Assembly (NCBI GenBank): GCA_964016885.1
Contig: OZ024743.1
Span: 268,398,001-268,462,000, forward strand
Reading direction: 5' to 3'
Length of the DNA: 64,000 nt
Origin: Eledone cirrhosa
Lineage: Eukaryota
The translations under genes and the position numbers were made by a program. Positions within the stretch are counted from its first letter, which is position 1. Every line of letters starts with the position of its first letter. Below the pieces are notes generated by a model, which did no database searches, was not told the origin of the DNA, and was given only the letters and a program-made list of their open reading frames with translations. Shown here in pieces: positions 15,001 through 33,000 of the stretch.

Positions 15001-18000
15001 CCCACCACCATCGCCTACTGTACCAACACCAACACCATCACATTCATCACCAGAAACATCCCCACCACCATCGCCTACTGTACCAAACCCAACACCATCA
15101 CATTCAACACCAGAAACATCCCCACCACCATCGCCTACTGTACCAAACCCAACACCATCACATTCAACACCAGAAACATCCCACCACCATCGCCTACAAT
15201 ACCAACACCAACACCATCACATTCAACACCAGAAACATCCCCACCACCATCACCTACTGTACCAACACCAACACCATCACATTCAACACCAGAAACATCC
15301 CCACCACCATCCCCTACAATACCAAACCCAACACCATCACATTCAACACCAGAAACATCCCCACCACCATCGCCTACTGTACCAACACCAACACCATCAC
15401 ATTCAACACCAGAAACATCCCCACCACCATCCCTACAATACCAAACCCAACACCATCACATTCATCACCAGAAACATCCCCACCACCATCGCCTACTGTA
15501 CCAACACCAACACCATCACATTCAACACCAGAAACATCCCCACCACCATCACCTACTGTACCAACACCAACACCATCACATTCAACACCAGAAACATCCC
15601 CACCACCATCCCTACAATACCAAACCCAACACCATCACATTCAACACCAGAAACATCCCCACCACCATCCCTACTGTACCAACACCAACACCATCACATT
15701 CAACACCAGAAACATCCCCACCACCATCCCTACTGTACCAACACCAACACCATCACATTCAACACCAGAAACATCCCCACAACCATCCCTACTGTACCAA
15801 CACCAACACCATCACATTCAACACCAGAAACATCCCCACCACCATCCCTACTGTACCAACACCAACACCATCACATTCAACACCAGAAACATCCCCACCA
15901 CCATCCCTACTGTACCAACACCAACACCATCACATTCAACACCAGAAACATCCCCACCACCATCCCTACTGTACCAACACCAACACCATCACATTCAACA
16001 CCAGAAACATCCCCACCACCATCCCTACTGTACCAACACCAACACCATCACATTCAACACCAGAAACATCCCCACCACCATCCCTACTGTACCAACACCA
16101 ACACCATCACATTCAACACCAGAAACATCCCCACCACCATCCCCTACAATACCAAACCCAACACCATCACATTCAACACCAGAAACATCCCCACCACCAT
16201 CCCTACAATACCAAACCCAACACCATCACATTCAACACCAGAAACATCCCCACCACCATCGCCTACAATACCAAACCCAACACCATCACATTCAACACCA
16301 GAAACATCCCCACCACCATCGCCTACTGTACCAACACCAACACCATCACATTCAACACCAGAATCATCCCCACCACCATCCCCTACAATACCAAACCCAA
16401 CACCATCACATTCATCACCAGAAACATCCCCACCACCATCGCCTACTGTACCAAACCCAACACCATCACATTCAACACCAGAAACATCCCCACCACCATC
16501 GCCTACAATACCAAACCCAACACCATCACATTCAACACCAGAAACATCCCCACCACCATCGCCTACTATACCAACACCAACACCATCACATTCAACACCA
16601 GAAACATCCCCACCACCATCGTCTACTGTACCAAACCCAACACCATCACATTCAACACCAGAAACATCCCCACCACCATCCCTACTGTACCAACACCAAC
16701 ACCATCACATTCAACACCAGAAACATCCCCACCACCATCCCTACAATACCAACACCAACACCATCACATTCATCACCAGTAGCATCCCCACCACCATCGC
16801 CTACAATACCAACACCAACACCATCACATTCATCACCAGAAACATCCCCACCACCATCGCCTACTGTACCAAACCCAACACCATCACATTCAACACCAGA
16901 AACATCCCCACCACCATCGCCTACAATACCAACACGAACACCATCACATTCATCACCAGAAACATCCCCACCACCATCCCTACTGTACCAAACCCAACAC
17001 CATCACATTCATCACCAGAAACATCCCCACCACCATCGCCTACTGTACCAACACCAACACCATCACATTCAACACCAGAAACATCCCCACCACCATCGCC
17101 TACAATACCAACCCCAACACCATCACATTCAACACCAGAAACATCCCCACCACCATCCCTACAATACCAAACCCAACACCATCACATTCATAACCAGAAA
17201 CATCCCCACCACCATCGCCTACTGTACCAACACCAACACCATCACATTCAACACCAGAAACATCCCCACCACCATCGCTACAATACCAACACCAACACCA
17301 TCACATTCAACACCAGAAACATCCCCACCACCATCCCTACTGTACCAACACCAACACCATCACATTCATCACCAGAAACATCCCACCACCATCGCCTACT
17401 GTACCAACACCAACACCATCACATTCAACACCAGAAACATCCCACCACCATCGCCTACTGTACCAACACCAACACCATCACATTCAACACCAGAAACATC
17501 CCCACCACCATCGCCTACTGTACCAACACCATCACATTCAACACCAGAAACATCCCCACCACCATCCCTACTGTACCAACACCAACACCATCACATTCAA
17601 CACCAGAAACATCCCCACCACCATCGCCTACTGTACCAACACCATCACATTCAACACCAGAAACATCCCCACCACCATCCCTACTGTACCAACACCAACA
17701 CCATCACATTCAACACCAGAAACATCCCACCACCATCCCTACAATACCAACACCAACACCATCACATTCAACACCAGAAACATCCCCACCACCATCGCCT
17801 ACTGTACCAACACCATCACCATCACATTCAACACCAGAAACATCCCCACCACCATCGCCTACAATACCAACACCAACACCATCACATTCAACACCAGAAA
17901 CATCCCCACCACCATCCCTACAATACCAACACCAACACCATCACATTCAACACCTGAAACATCCCCACCACCATCGCCTACTGTACCAACACCATCACCA

Positions 18001-21000
18001 TCACATTCAACACCAGAAACATCCCCACCACCATCGCCTACTGTACCAACACCAACACCATCACATTCAACACCAGAAACATCCCCACCACCATCGCCTA
18101 CAATACCAACACCAACACCATCACATTCAACACCAGAAACATCCCCTCCACCATCGCCTACTGTACCAACACCAACACCATCACATTCAACACCAGAAAC
18201 ATCCCCACCACCATCCCTACAATACCAACACCAACACCATCACATTCAACACCAGAAACATCCCCACCACCATCGCCTACTGTACCAACACCAACACCAT
18301 CACATTCAACACCAGAAACATCCCCACCACCATCGCCTACTGTACCAACACCAACACCATCACATTCATCACCAGAAACATCCCCACCACCATCGCCTAC
18401 AATACCAACACCAACACCATCACATTCAACACCAGAAACATCCCCACCACCATCGCCTACTGTACCAACACCAACACCATCACATTCAACACCAGAAACA
18501 TCCCCACCACCATCCCTACAATACCAACACCAACACCATCACATTCAACACCAGAAACATCCCCACCACCATCCCTACAATACCAACACCAACACCATCA
18601 CATTCAACACCAGAAACATCCCCACCACCATCCCTACAATACCAACACCAACACCATCACATTCAACACCAGAAACATCCCCACCACCATCCCTACTGTA
18701 CCAACACCAACACCATCAGATTCAACACCAGAAACATCCCCACCACCATCGCCTACTGTACCAACACCAACACCATCACATTCAACACCAGAAACATCCC
18801 CACCACCATCCCTACAATACCAACACCAACACCATCACATTCAACACCAGAAACATCCCCACCACCATCCCTACAATACCAACACCAACACCATCACATT
18901 CAACACCAGAAACATCCCCACCACCATCCCTACTGTACCAACACCAACACCATCACATTCAACACCAGAAACATCCCCACCACCATCCCTACTGTACCAA
19001 CACCAACACCATCACATTCAACACCAGAAACATCCCCACCACCATCGCCTACTGTACCAACACCATCACATTCAACACCAGAAACATCCCCACCACCATC
19101 CCTACTGTACCAACACCAACACCATCACATTCAACACCAGAAACATCCCCACCACCATCGCCTACTGTACCAACACCATCACATTCAACACCAGAAACAT
19201 CCCCACCACCATCCCTACTGTACCAACACCAACACCATCACATTCAACACCAGAAACATCCCACCACCATCCCTACAATACCAACACCAACACCATCACA
19301 TTCAACACCAGAAACATCCCCACCACCATCGCCTACTGTACCAACACCATCACCATCACATTCAACACCAGAAACATCCCCACCACCATCGCCTACAATA
19401 CCAACACCAACACCATCACATTCAACACCAGAAACATCCCCACCACCATCCCTACAATACCAACACCAACACCATCACATTCAACACCTGAAACATCCCC
19501 ACCACCATCGCCTACTGTACCAACACCATCACCATCACATTCAACACCAGAAACATCCCCACCACCATCGCCTACTGTACCAACACCAACACCATCACAT
19601 TCAACACCAGAAACATCCCCACCACCATCGCCTACAATACCAACACCAACACCATCACATTCAACACCAGAAACATCCCCTCCACCATCGCCTACTGTAC
19701 CAACACCAACACCATCACATTCAACACCAGAAACATCCCCACCACCATCCCTACAATACCAACACCAACACCATCACATTCAACACCAGAAACATCCCCA
19801 CCACCATCGCCTACTGTACCAACACCAACACCATCACATTCAACACCAGAAACATCCCCACCACCATCGCCTACTGTACCAACACCAACACCATCACATT
19901 CATCACCAGAAACATCCCCACCACCATCGCCTACAATACCAACACCAACACCATCACATTCAACACCAGAAACATCCCCACCACCATCGCCTACTGTACC
20001 AACACCAACACCATCACATTCAACACCAGAAACATCCCCACCACCATCCCTACAATACCAACACCAACACCATCACATTCAACACCAGAAACATCCCCAC
20101 CACCATCCCTACAATACCAACACCAACACCATCACATTCAACACCAGAAACATCCCCACCACCATCCCTACAATACCAACACCAACACCATCACATTCAA
20201 CACCAGAAACATCCCCACCACCATCCCTACTGTACCAACACCAACACCATCAGATTCAACACCAGAAACATCCCCACCACCATCGCCTACTGTACCAACA
20301 CCAACACCATCACATTCAACACCAGAAACATCCCCACCACCATCCCTACAATACCAACACCAACACCATCACATTCAACACCAGAAACATCCCCACCACC
20401 ATCCCTACAATACCAACACCAACACCATCACATTCAACACCAGAAACATCCCCACCACCATCCCTACTGTACCAACACCAACACCATCACATTCAACACC
20501 AGAAACATCCCCACCACCATCCCTACTGTACCAACACCAACACCATCACATTCAACACCAGAAACATCCCCACCACCATCGCCTACTGTACCAACACCAA
20601 CACCATCACATTCAACACCAGAAACATCCCCACCACCATCCCTACAATACCAACACCAACACCATCACATTCAACACCAGAAACATCCCCACCACCATCC
20701 CTACAATACCAACACCAACACCATCACATTCAACACCAGAAACATCCCCACCACCATCCCTACAATACCAACACCAACACCATCACATTCAACACCAGAA
20801 ACATCCCCACCACCATCCCTACTGTACCAACACCAACACCATCACATTCAACACCAGAAACATCCCCACCACCATCGCCTACTGTACCAACACCAACACC
20901 ATCACATTCAACACCAGAAACATCCCCACCACCATCGCCTACTGTACCAACACCAACACCATCACATTCAACACCAGAAACATCCCCACCACCATCCCTA

Positions 21001-24000
21001 CAATACCAACACCAACACCATCACATTCATCACCAGAAACATCCCCACCACCATCGCCTACAATACCAACCCCAACACCATCACATTCAACACCAGAAAC
21101 ATCCCCACCACCATCGCCTACTGTACCAACACCAACAGCATCACATTCAACACCAGAAACATCCCCACCACCATCCCTACAATACCAAACCCAACACCAT
21201 CACATTCAACACCAGAAACATCCCCACCACCATCCCTACAATACCAAACCCAACACCATCACATTCATCACCAGAAACATCCCCACCACCACCCCCTACA
21301 ATACCAACACCAACACCATCACATTCAACACCAGAAACATCCCCACCACCATCCCCTACAATACCAAACCCAACACCATCACATTCAACACCAGAAACAT
21401 CCCCACCACCATCCCCTACAATACCAACACCAACACCATCACATTCAACACCAGAAACATCCCCACCACCATCGCCTACTGTACCAACACCAACACCATC
21501 ACATTCAACACCAGAAACATCCCCACCACCATCGCCTACTGTACCAACACCAACACCATCACATTCAACACCAGAAACATCCCCACCCCATCCCCTACAA
21601 TACCAACACCAACACCATCACATTCAACACCAGAAACATCCCCACCACCATCGCCTACTGTACCAACACCAACACCATCACATTCAACACCAGAAACATC
21701 CCCACCATCATCCCCTACAATACCAACACCAACACCATCACATTCAACACCAGAAACATCCCCACCACCATCGCCTACTGTACCAACACCAACACCATCA
21801 CATTCAACACCAGAAACATCCCCACCACCATCGCCTACTGTACCAACACCAACACCATCACATTCAACACCAGAAACATCCCCACCACCATCCCCTACAA
21901 TACCAACACCAACACCATCACATTCAACACCAGAAACATCCCCACCACCATCGCCTACTGTACCAACACCAACACCATCACATTCAACACCAGAAACATC
22001 CCCACCACCATCCCCTACAATACCAACACCAACACCTCACATTCAACACCAGAAACATCCCCACCACCATCGCCTACTGTACCAACACCAACACCATCAC
22101 ATTCAACACCAGAAACATCCCCACCACCATCGCCTACTGTACCAACACCAACACCATCACATTCAACACCAGAAACATCCCCACCACCATCCCTACTGTA
22201 CCAACACCAACACCATCACATTCAACACCAGAAACATCCCCACCACCATCGCCTACTGTACCAACACCAACACCATCACATTCAACACCAGAAACATCCC
22301 CACCACCATCGCCTACTGTACCAACACCAACACCATCACATTCAACACCAGAAACATCCCCACCACCATCCCTACTGTACCAACACCAACACCATCACAT
22401 TCAACACCAGAAACATCCCCACCACCATCGCCTACTGTACCAACACCAACACCATCACATTCAACACCAGAAACATCCCCACCACCATCCCTACAATACC
22501 AACACCAACACCATCACATTCAACACCAGAAACATCCCCACCACCATCCCTACAATACCAACACCAACACCATCACATTCAACACCAGAAACATCCCCAC
22601 CACCATCCCTACAATACCAACACCAACACCATCACATTCAACACCAGAAACATCCCCACCACCATCCCTACTGTACCAACACCAACACCATCACATTCAA
22701 CACCAGAAACATCCCCACCACCATCGCCTACTGTACCAACACCAACACCATCACATTCAACACCAGAAACATCCCCACCACCATCGCCTACTGTACCAAC
22801 ACCAACACCATCACATTCAACACCAGAAACATCCCCACCACCATCCCTACAATACCAACACCAACACCATCACATTCATCACCAGAAACATCCCCACCAC
22901 CATCGCCTACAATACCAACCCCAACACCATCACATTCAACACCAGAAACATCCCCACCACCATCGCCTACTGTACCAACACCAACAGCATCACATTCAAC
23001 ACCAGAAACATCCGCACCACCATCCCTACAATACCAAACCCAACACCATCACATTCAACACCAGAAACATCCCCACCACCATCCCTACAATACCAAACCC
23101 AACACCATCACATTCATCACCAGAAACATCCCCACCACCACCCCCTACAATACCAACACCAACACCATCACATTCAACACCAGAAACATCCCCACCACCA
23201 TCCCCTACAATACCAAACCCAACACCATCACATTCAACACCAGAAACATCCCCACCACCATCCCCTACAATACCAACACCAACACCATCACATTCAACAC
23301 CAGAAACATCCCCACCACCATCGCCTACTGTACCAACACCAACACCATCACATTCAACACCAGAAACATCCCCACCACCATCGCCTACTGTACCAACACC
23401 AACACCATCACATTCAACACCAGAAACATCCCCACCACCATCCCCTACAATACCAACACCAACACCATCACCTTCAACACCAGAAACATCCCCACCACCA
23501 TCGCCTACTGTACCAACACCAACACCATCACATTCAACACCAGAAACATCCCCACCACCATCCCCTACAATACCAACACCAACACCATCACATTCAACAC
23601 CAGAAACATCCCCACCACCATCGCCTACTGTACCAACACCAACACCATCACATTCAACACCAGAAACATCCCCACCACCATCGCCTACTGTACCAACACC
23701 AACACCATCACATTCAACACCAGAAACATCCCCACCACCATCGCCTACTGTACCAACACCAACACCATCACATTCAACACCAGAAACATCCCCACCACCA
23801 TCCCTACTGTACCAACACCAACACCATCACATTCAACACCAGAAACATCCCCACCACCACCCCCTACAATACCAACACCAACACCATCACATTCAACACC
23901 AGAATCATCCCCACCACCACCCCCTACAATACCAACACCAACACCATCACATTCAACACCAGAAACATCCCCACCACCACCCCCTACAATACCAACACCA

Positions 24001-27000
24001 ACACCATCACTTTCAACACCAGAAACATCCCCACCACCATCGCCTACTGTACCAACACCAACACCATCACATTCAACACCAGAAACATCCCCACCACCAT
24101 CGCCTACTGTACCAACACCAACACCATCACATTCAACACCAGAAACATCCCCACCACCATCCCTACAATACCAACACCAACACCATCACATTCAACACCA
24201 GAAACATCCCCACCACCATCCCTACAATACCAACACCAACACCATCACATTCAACACCAGAAACATCCCCACCACCATCCCTACTGTACCAACACCAACA
24301 CCATCACATTCAACACCAGAAACATCCCCACCACCATCCCTACTGTACCAACACCAACACCATCACATTCAACACCAGAAACATCCCCACCACCATCGCC
24401 TACTGTACCAACACCAACACCATCACATTCAACACCAGAAACATCCCCACCACCATCCCTACAATACCAACACCAACACCATCACATTCAACACCAGAAA
24501 CATCCCCACCACCATCCCTACAATACCAACACCAACACCATCACATTCAACACCAGAAACATCGCCACCACCATCCCTACTGTACCAACACCAACACCAT
24601 CACATTCAACACCAGAAACATCCCCACCACCATCGCCTACTGTACCAACACCAACACCATCACATTCAACACCAGAAACATCCCCACCACCATCGCCTAC
24701 TGTACCAACACCAACACCATCACATTCAACACCAGAAACATCCTCACCACCATCCCTACAATACCAACACCAACACCATCACATTCATCACCAGAAACAT
24801 CCCCACCACCATCGCCTACAATACCAACCCCAACACCATCACATTCAACACCAGAAACATCCCCACCACAATCGCCTACTGTACCAACACCAACACCATC
24901 ACATTCAACACCAGAAACATCCCCACCACCATCGCCTACTGTACCAACACCAACAGCATCACATTCAACACCAGAAACATCCCCACCACCATCCCTACAA
25001 TACCAACACCAACACCATCACATTCAACACCAGAAACATCCCCACCACCATCCCTACAATACCAACACCAACACCATCACATTCAACACCAGAAACATCG
25101 CCACCACCATCCCTACTGTACCAACACCAACACCATCACATTCAACACCAGAAACATCCCCACCACCATCGCCTACTGTACCAACACCAACACCATCACA
25201 TTCAACACCAGAAACATCCCCACCACCATCGCCTACTGTACCAACACCAACACCATCACATTCAACACCAGAAACATCCTCACCACCATCCCTACAATAC
25301 CAACACCAACACCATCACATTCATCACCAGAAACATCCCCACCACCATCGCCTACAATACCAACCCCAACACCATCACATTCAACACCAGAAACATCCCC
25401 ACCACAATCGCCTACTGTACCAACACCAACACCATCACATTCAACACCAGAAACATCCCCACCACCATCGCCTACTGTACCAACACCAACAGCATCACAT
25501 TCAACACCAGAAACATCCCCACCACCATCCCTACAATACCAAACCCAACACCATCACATTCAACACCAGAAACATCCCCACCATCATCCCTACAATACCA
25601 AACCCAACACCATCACATTCATCACCAGAAACATCCCCACCACCACCCCCTACAATACCAACACCAACACCATCACATTCAACACCAGAAACATCCCCAC
25701 CACCATCCCCTACAATACCAAACCCAACACCATCACATTCAACACCAGAAACATCCCCACCACCATCCCCTACAATACCAACACCAACACCATCACATTC
25801 AACACCAGAAACATCCCCACCACCATCGCCTACTGTACCAACACCAACACCATCACATTCAACACCAGAAACATCCCCACCACCATCGCCTACTGTACCA
25901 ACACCAACACCATCACATTCAACACCAGAAACATCCCCACCACCATCCCCTACAATACCAACACCAACACCATCACATTCAACACCAGAAACATCCCCAC
26001 CACCATCGCCTACTGTACCAACACCAACACCATCACATTCAACACCAGAAACATCCCCACCACCATCCCCTACAATACCAACACCAACACCATCACATTC
26101 AACACCAGAAACATCCCCACCACCATCGCCTACTGTACCAACACCAACACCATCACATTCAACACCAGAAACATCCCCACCACCATCGCCTACTGTACCA
26201 ACACCAACACCATCACATTCAACACCAGAAACATCCCCACCACCATCGCCTACTGTACCAACACCAACACCATCACATTCAACACCAGAAACATCCCCAC
26301 CACCATCCCTACTGTACCAACACCAACACCATCACATTCAACACCAGAAACATCCCCACCACCACCCCCTACAATACCAACACCAATACCATCACATTCA
26401 ACACCAGAAACATCCCCACCACCACCCCCTACAATACCAACACCAACACCATCACATTCAACACCAGAAACATCCCCACCACCACCCCCTACAATACCAA
26501 CACCAACACCATCACATTCAACACCAGAAACATCCCCACCACCATCGCCTACTGTACCAACACCAACACCATCACATTCAACACCAGAAACATCCCCACC
26601 ACCATCGCCTACTGTACCAAACCCAACACCATCACATTCAACACCAGAAACATCCCACCACCATCGCCTACTGTACCAACACCAACACCATCACATTCAT
26701 CACCAGAAACATCCCCACCACCATCCCTACAATACCAAACCCAACACCATCACATTCAACACCAGAAACATCCCCACCACCATCGCCTACTGTACCAAAC
26801 CCAACACCATCACATTCATCACCAGAAACATCCCCACCACCATCGCCTACTGTACCAACACCAACACCATCACATTCAACACCAGAAACATCCCCACCAC
26901 CATCCCTACAATACCAAACCCAACACCATCACATTCATCACCAGAAACATCCCCACCACCATCGTCTACTGTACCAACACCAACACCATCACATTCAACA

Positions 27001-30000
27001 CCAGAAACATCCCCACCACCATCGCCTACTGTACCAAACCCAACACCATCACATTCAACACCAGAAACATCCCACCACCATCGCCTACTGTACCAACACC
27101 AACACCATCACATTCATCACCAGAAACATCCCCACCACCATCGCCTACTGTACCAAACCCAACACCATCACATTCAACACCAGAAACATCCCCACCACCA
27201 TCGCCTACTGTACCAAACCCAACACCATCACATTCAACACCAGAAACATCCCCACCACCATCCCTACTGTACCAACACCAACACCATCACATTCATCACC
27301 AGAAACATCCCCACCACCATCCCTACAATACCAAACCCAACACCATCACATTCAACACCAGAAACATCCCCACCACCATCGCCTACTGTACCAACACCAA
27401 CACCATCACATTCAACACCAGAAACATCCCCACCACCATCACCTACTGTACCAACACCAACACCATCACATTCAACACCAGAAACATCCCCACCACCATC
27501 CCTACAATACCAAACCCAACACCATCACATTCAACACCAGAAACATCCCCACCACCATCCCTACTGTACCAACACCAACACCATCACATTCAACACCAGA
27601 AACATCCCCACCACCATCCCTACTGTACCAACACCAACACCATCACATTCAACACCAGAAACATCCCCACCACCATCGCCTACTGTACCAACACCAACAC
27701 CATCACATTCAACACCAGAAACATCCCCACCACCATCCCTACTGTACCAACACCAACACCATCACATTCAACACCAGAAACATCCCCACCACCATCCCTA
27801 CTGTACCAACACCAACACCATCACATTCAACACCAGAAACATCCCCACCACCATCCCTACTGTACCAACACCAACACCATCACATTCAACACCAGAAACA
27901 TCCCCACCACCATCCCTACTGTACCAACACCAACAGCATCACATTCAACACCAGAAACATCCCCACCACCATCCCTACTGTACCAACACCAACACCATCA
28001 CATTCAACACCAGAAACATCCCCACCACCATCGCCTACTGTACCAACACCAACACCATCACATTCAACACCAGAAACATCCCCACCACCATCCCTACTGT
28101 ACCAACACCAACACCATCACATTCAACACCAGAAACATCCCCACCACCATCGTCTACTGTACCAACACCAACAGCATCACATTCAACACCAGAAACATCC
28201 CCACCACCATCGCCTACAATACCAAACCCAACACCATCACATTCAACACCAGAAACATCCCCACCACCATCGCCTACTGTACCAACACCAACACCATCAC
28301 ATTCAACACCAGAAACATCCCCACCACCATCCCCTACAATACCAAACCCAACACCATCACATTCATCACCAGAAACATCCCCACCACCATCGCCTACTGT
28401 ACCAAACCCAACACCATCACATTCAACACCAGAAACATCCCCACCACCATCGTCTACTGTACCAAACCCAACACCATCACATTCAACACCAGAAACATCC
28501 CCACCACCATCCCTACTGTACCAACACCAACACCATCACATTCAACACCAGAAACATCCCCACCACCATCCCTACAATACCAACACCAACACCATCACAT
28601 TCATCACCAGTAGCATCCCCACCACCATCGCCTACAATACCAACACCAACACCATCACATTCATCACCAGAAACATCCCCACCACCATCGCCTACTGTAC
28701 CAAACCCAACACCATCACATTCAACACCAGAAACATCCCCACCACCATCGCCTACTGTACCAACACCAACACCATCACATTCATAACCAGAAACATCCCC
28801 ACCACCATCGCCTACTGTACCAACACCAACACCATCACATTCAACACCAGAAACATCCCCACCACCATCCCTACAATACCAAACCCAACCCCATCACATT
28901 CAACACCAGAAACATCCCCACCACCATCCCTACAATACCAACACCAACACCATCACATTCATCACCAGAAACATCCCCACCACCATCGCCTACAATACCA
29001 ACACCAACACCATCACATTCAACACCAGAAATATCCCCACCACCATCGCCTACTGTACCAACACCAACACCATCACATTCAACACCAGAAACATCCCCAC
29101 CACCATCCCTACAATACCAACACCAACACCATCACATTCAACACCAGAAACATCCCCACCACCATCGCCTACAATACCAACACCAGCACCATCACATTCA
29201 ACACCAGAAACATCCCCACCACCATCGCCTACAATACCAACACCAGCACCATCACATTCATCACCAGAAACATCCCCACCACCATCGCCTACTGTACCAA
29301 CACCAACACCATCACATTCAACACCAGAAACATCCCCACCACCATCCCTACAATACCAACACCAACACCATCACATTCAACACCAGAAACATCCCCACCA
29401 CCATCGCCTACAATACCAACACCAACACCATCACATTCAACACCAGAAACATCCCCACCACCATCGTCTACTGTACCAACACCAACAGCATCACATTCAA
29501 CACCAGAAACATCCCCACCACCATCGCCTACTGTACCAAACCCAACACCATCACATTCAACACCAGAAACATCCCCACCACCATCGCCTACTGTACCAAC
29601 ACCAACACCATCACATTCAACACCAGAAACATGCCCACCACCATCGCCTACAATACCAACACCAACACCATCACATTCAACACCAGAAACATCCCCACCA
29701 CCATCGCCTACAATACCAAACCCAACACCATCACATTCAACACCAGAAACATCCCCACCACCATCCCTACTGTACCAACACCAACACCATCACATTCAAC
29801 ACCAGAAACATCCCCACCACCATCGCCTACTGTACCAACACCAACACCATCACATTCAACACCAGAAACATCCCCACCACCATCGCCTACTGTACCAACA
29901 CCAACACCATCACATTCAACACCAGAAACATCCCCACCACCATCGCCTACAATACCAAACCCAACACCATCACATTCAACACCAGAAACATCCCCACCAC

Positions 30001-33000
30001 CATCGCCTACAATACCAAACCCAACACCATCACATTCAACACCAGAAACATCCCCACCACCATCGCCTACTGTACCAACACCAACACCATCACATTCAAC
30101 ACCAGAAACATCCCCACCACCATCGCCTACAATACCAACACCAACACCATCACATTCAACACCAGAAACATCCCCACCACCATCGCCTACTGTACCAAAC
30201 CCAACAGCATCACATTCAACACCAGAAACATCCCCACCACCATCGCCTACTGTACCAACACCATCACATTCAACACCAGAAACATCCCCACTACCATCGC
30301 CTACAATACCAAACCCAACACCATCACATTCAACACCAGAAACATCCCCACCACCATCGCCTACAATACCAAACCCAACACCATCACATTCAACACCAGA
30401 AACATCCCCACCACCATCGCCTACTGTACCAACACCAACACCATCACATTCAACACCAGAAACATCCCCACCACCATCGCCTACAATACCAACACCAACA
30501 CCATCACATTCAACACCAGAAACATCCCCACCACCATCGCCTACTGTACCAAACCCAACAGCATCACATTCAACACCAGAAACATCCCCACCACCATCGC
30601 CTACTGTACCAACACCAACAGCATCACATTCAACACCAGAAACATCCCCAGCACCATCGCCTACTGTACCAACACCATCACATTCAACACCAGAAACATC
30701 CCCACCACCATCGCCTACAATACCAACACCAACACCATCACATTCAACACCAGAAACATCCCCACCACCATCGTCTACTGTACCAACACCAACAGCATCA
30801 CATTCAACACCAGAAACATCCCCACCACCATCGCCTACTGTACCAACACCATCACATTCAACACCAGAAACATCCCCACCACCATCGCCTACTGTACCAA
30901 CACCAACACCATCACATTCAACACCAGAAACATCCCCACCACCATCGTCTACTGTACCAAACCCAACACCATCACATTCAACACCAGAAACATCCCCACC
31001 ACCATCCCTACAATACCAACACCAACACCATCACATTCATCACCAGAAACATCCCCACCACCATCGCCTACTGTACCAACACCAACAGCATCACATTCAA
31101 CACCAGAAACATCCCCACCACCATCCCTACAATACCAAACCCAACACCATCACATTCAACACCAGAAACATCCCCACCACCATCGCCTACTGTACCAACA
31201 CCAACAGCATCACATTCAACACCAGAAACATCCCCACCACCATCCCTACAATACCAACACCAACACCATCACATTCAACACCAGAAACATCCCCACCACC
31301 ATCCCTACAATACCAAACCCAACACCATCACATTCAACACCAGAAACATCCCCACCACCATCGTCTACAATACCAACACCAACACCATCACATTCAACAC
31401 CAGAAACATCCCCACCACCATCCCTACTGTACCAACACCAACACCATCACATTCAACACCAGAAACATCCCCACCACCATCCCTACAATACCAACACCAA
31501 CACCATCACATTCAACACCAGAAACATCCCCACCACCATCCCTACTGTACCAACACCAACAGCATCACATTCAACACCAGAAACATCACCACCACCATCG
31601 CCTACTGTACCAACACCAACACCATCACATTCAACACCAGAAACATCCCCACCACCATCCCTACTGTACCAACACCAACAGCATCACATTCAACACCAGA
31701 AACATCCCCACCACCATCGTCTACTGTACCAACACCAACAGCATCACATTCAACACCAGAAACATCCCCACCACCATCGCCTGCTGTACCAACACCAACA
31801 CCATCACATTCAACACCAGAAACATCCCCACCACCATCGCCTACTGTACCAACACCAACACCATCACATTCAACACCAGAAACATCCCCACCACCATCCC
31901 TACAATACCAAACCCAACACCATCACATTCAACACCAGAAACATCCCCACCACCATCGCCTACTGTACCAACACCAACACCATCACATTCAACACCAGAA
32001 ACATCCCCACCACCATCGCCTACTGTACCAACACCAACACCATCACATTCAACACCAGAAACATCCCCACCACCATCCCTACAATACCAAACCCAACACC
32101 ATCACATTCAACACCAGAAACATCCCCACTACCATCGCCTACTGTACCAACACCAACACCATCACATTCAACACCAGAAACATCCCCACCACCATCCCTA
32201 CAATACCAAACCCAACACCATCACATTCAACACCAGAAACATCCCCACCACCATCGCCTACTGTACCAACACCAACACCATCACATTCAACACCAGAAAC
32301 ATCCCCACCACCATCCCTACTGTACCAACACCAACAGCATCACATTCAACACCAGAAACATCCCCACCACCATCGTCTACTGTACCAACACCAACAGCAT
32401 CACATTCAACACCAGAAACATCCCCACCACCATCGCCTACTGTACCAACACCAACACCATCACATTCAACACCAGAAACATCCCCACCACCATCGCCTAC
32501 TGTACCAACACCAACACCATCACATTCAACACCAGAAACATCCCCACCACCATCCCTACAATACCAAACCCAACACCATCACATTCAACAGCAGAAACAT
32601 CCCCACCACCATCGCCTACTGTACCAACACCAACACCATCACATTCAACACCAGAAACATCCCCACCACCATCGCCTACTGTACCAACACCAACACCATC
32701 ACATTCAACACCAGAAACATCCCCACCACCATCCCTACAATACCAAACCCAACACCATCACATTCAACACCAGAAACATCCCCACCACCATCGCCTACTG
32801 TACCAACACCAACACCATCACATTCAACACCAGAAACATCCCCACCACCATCCCTACAATACCAAACCCAACACCATCACATTCAACACCAGAAACATCC
32901 CCACCACCATCGCCTACTGTACCAACACCAACACCATCACATTCAACACCAGAAACATCCCCACCACCATCCCTACTGTACCAACACCAACAGCATCACA

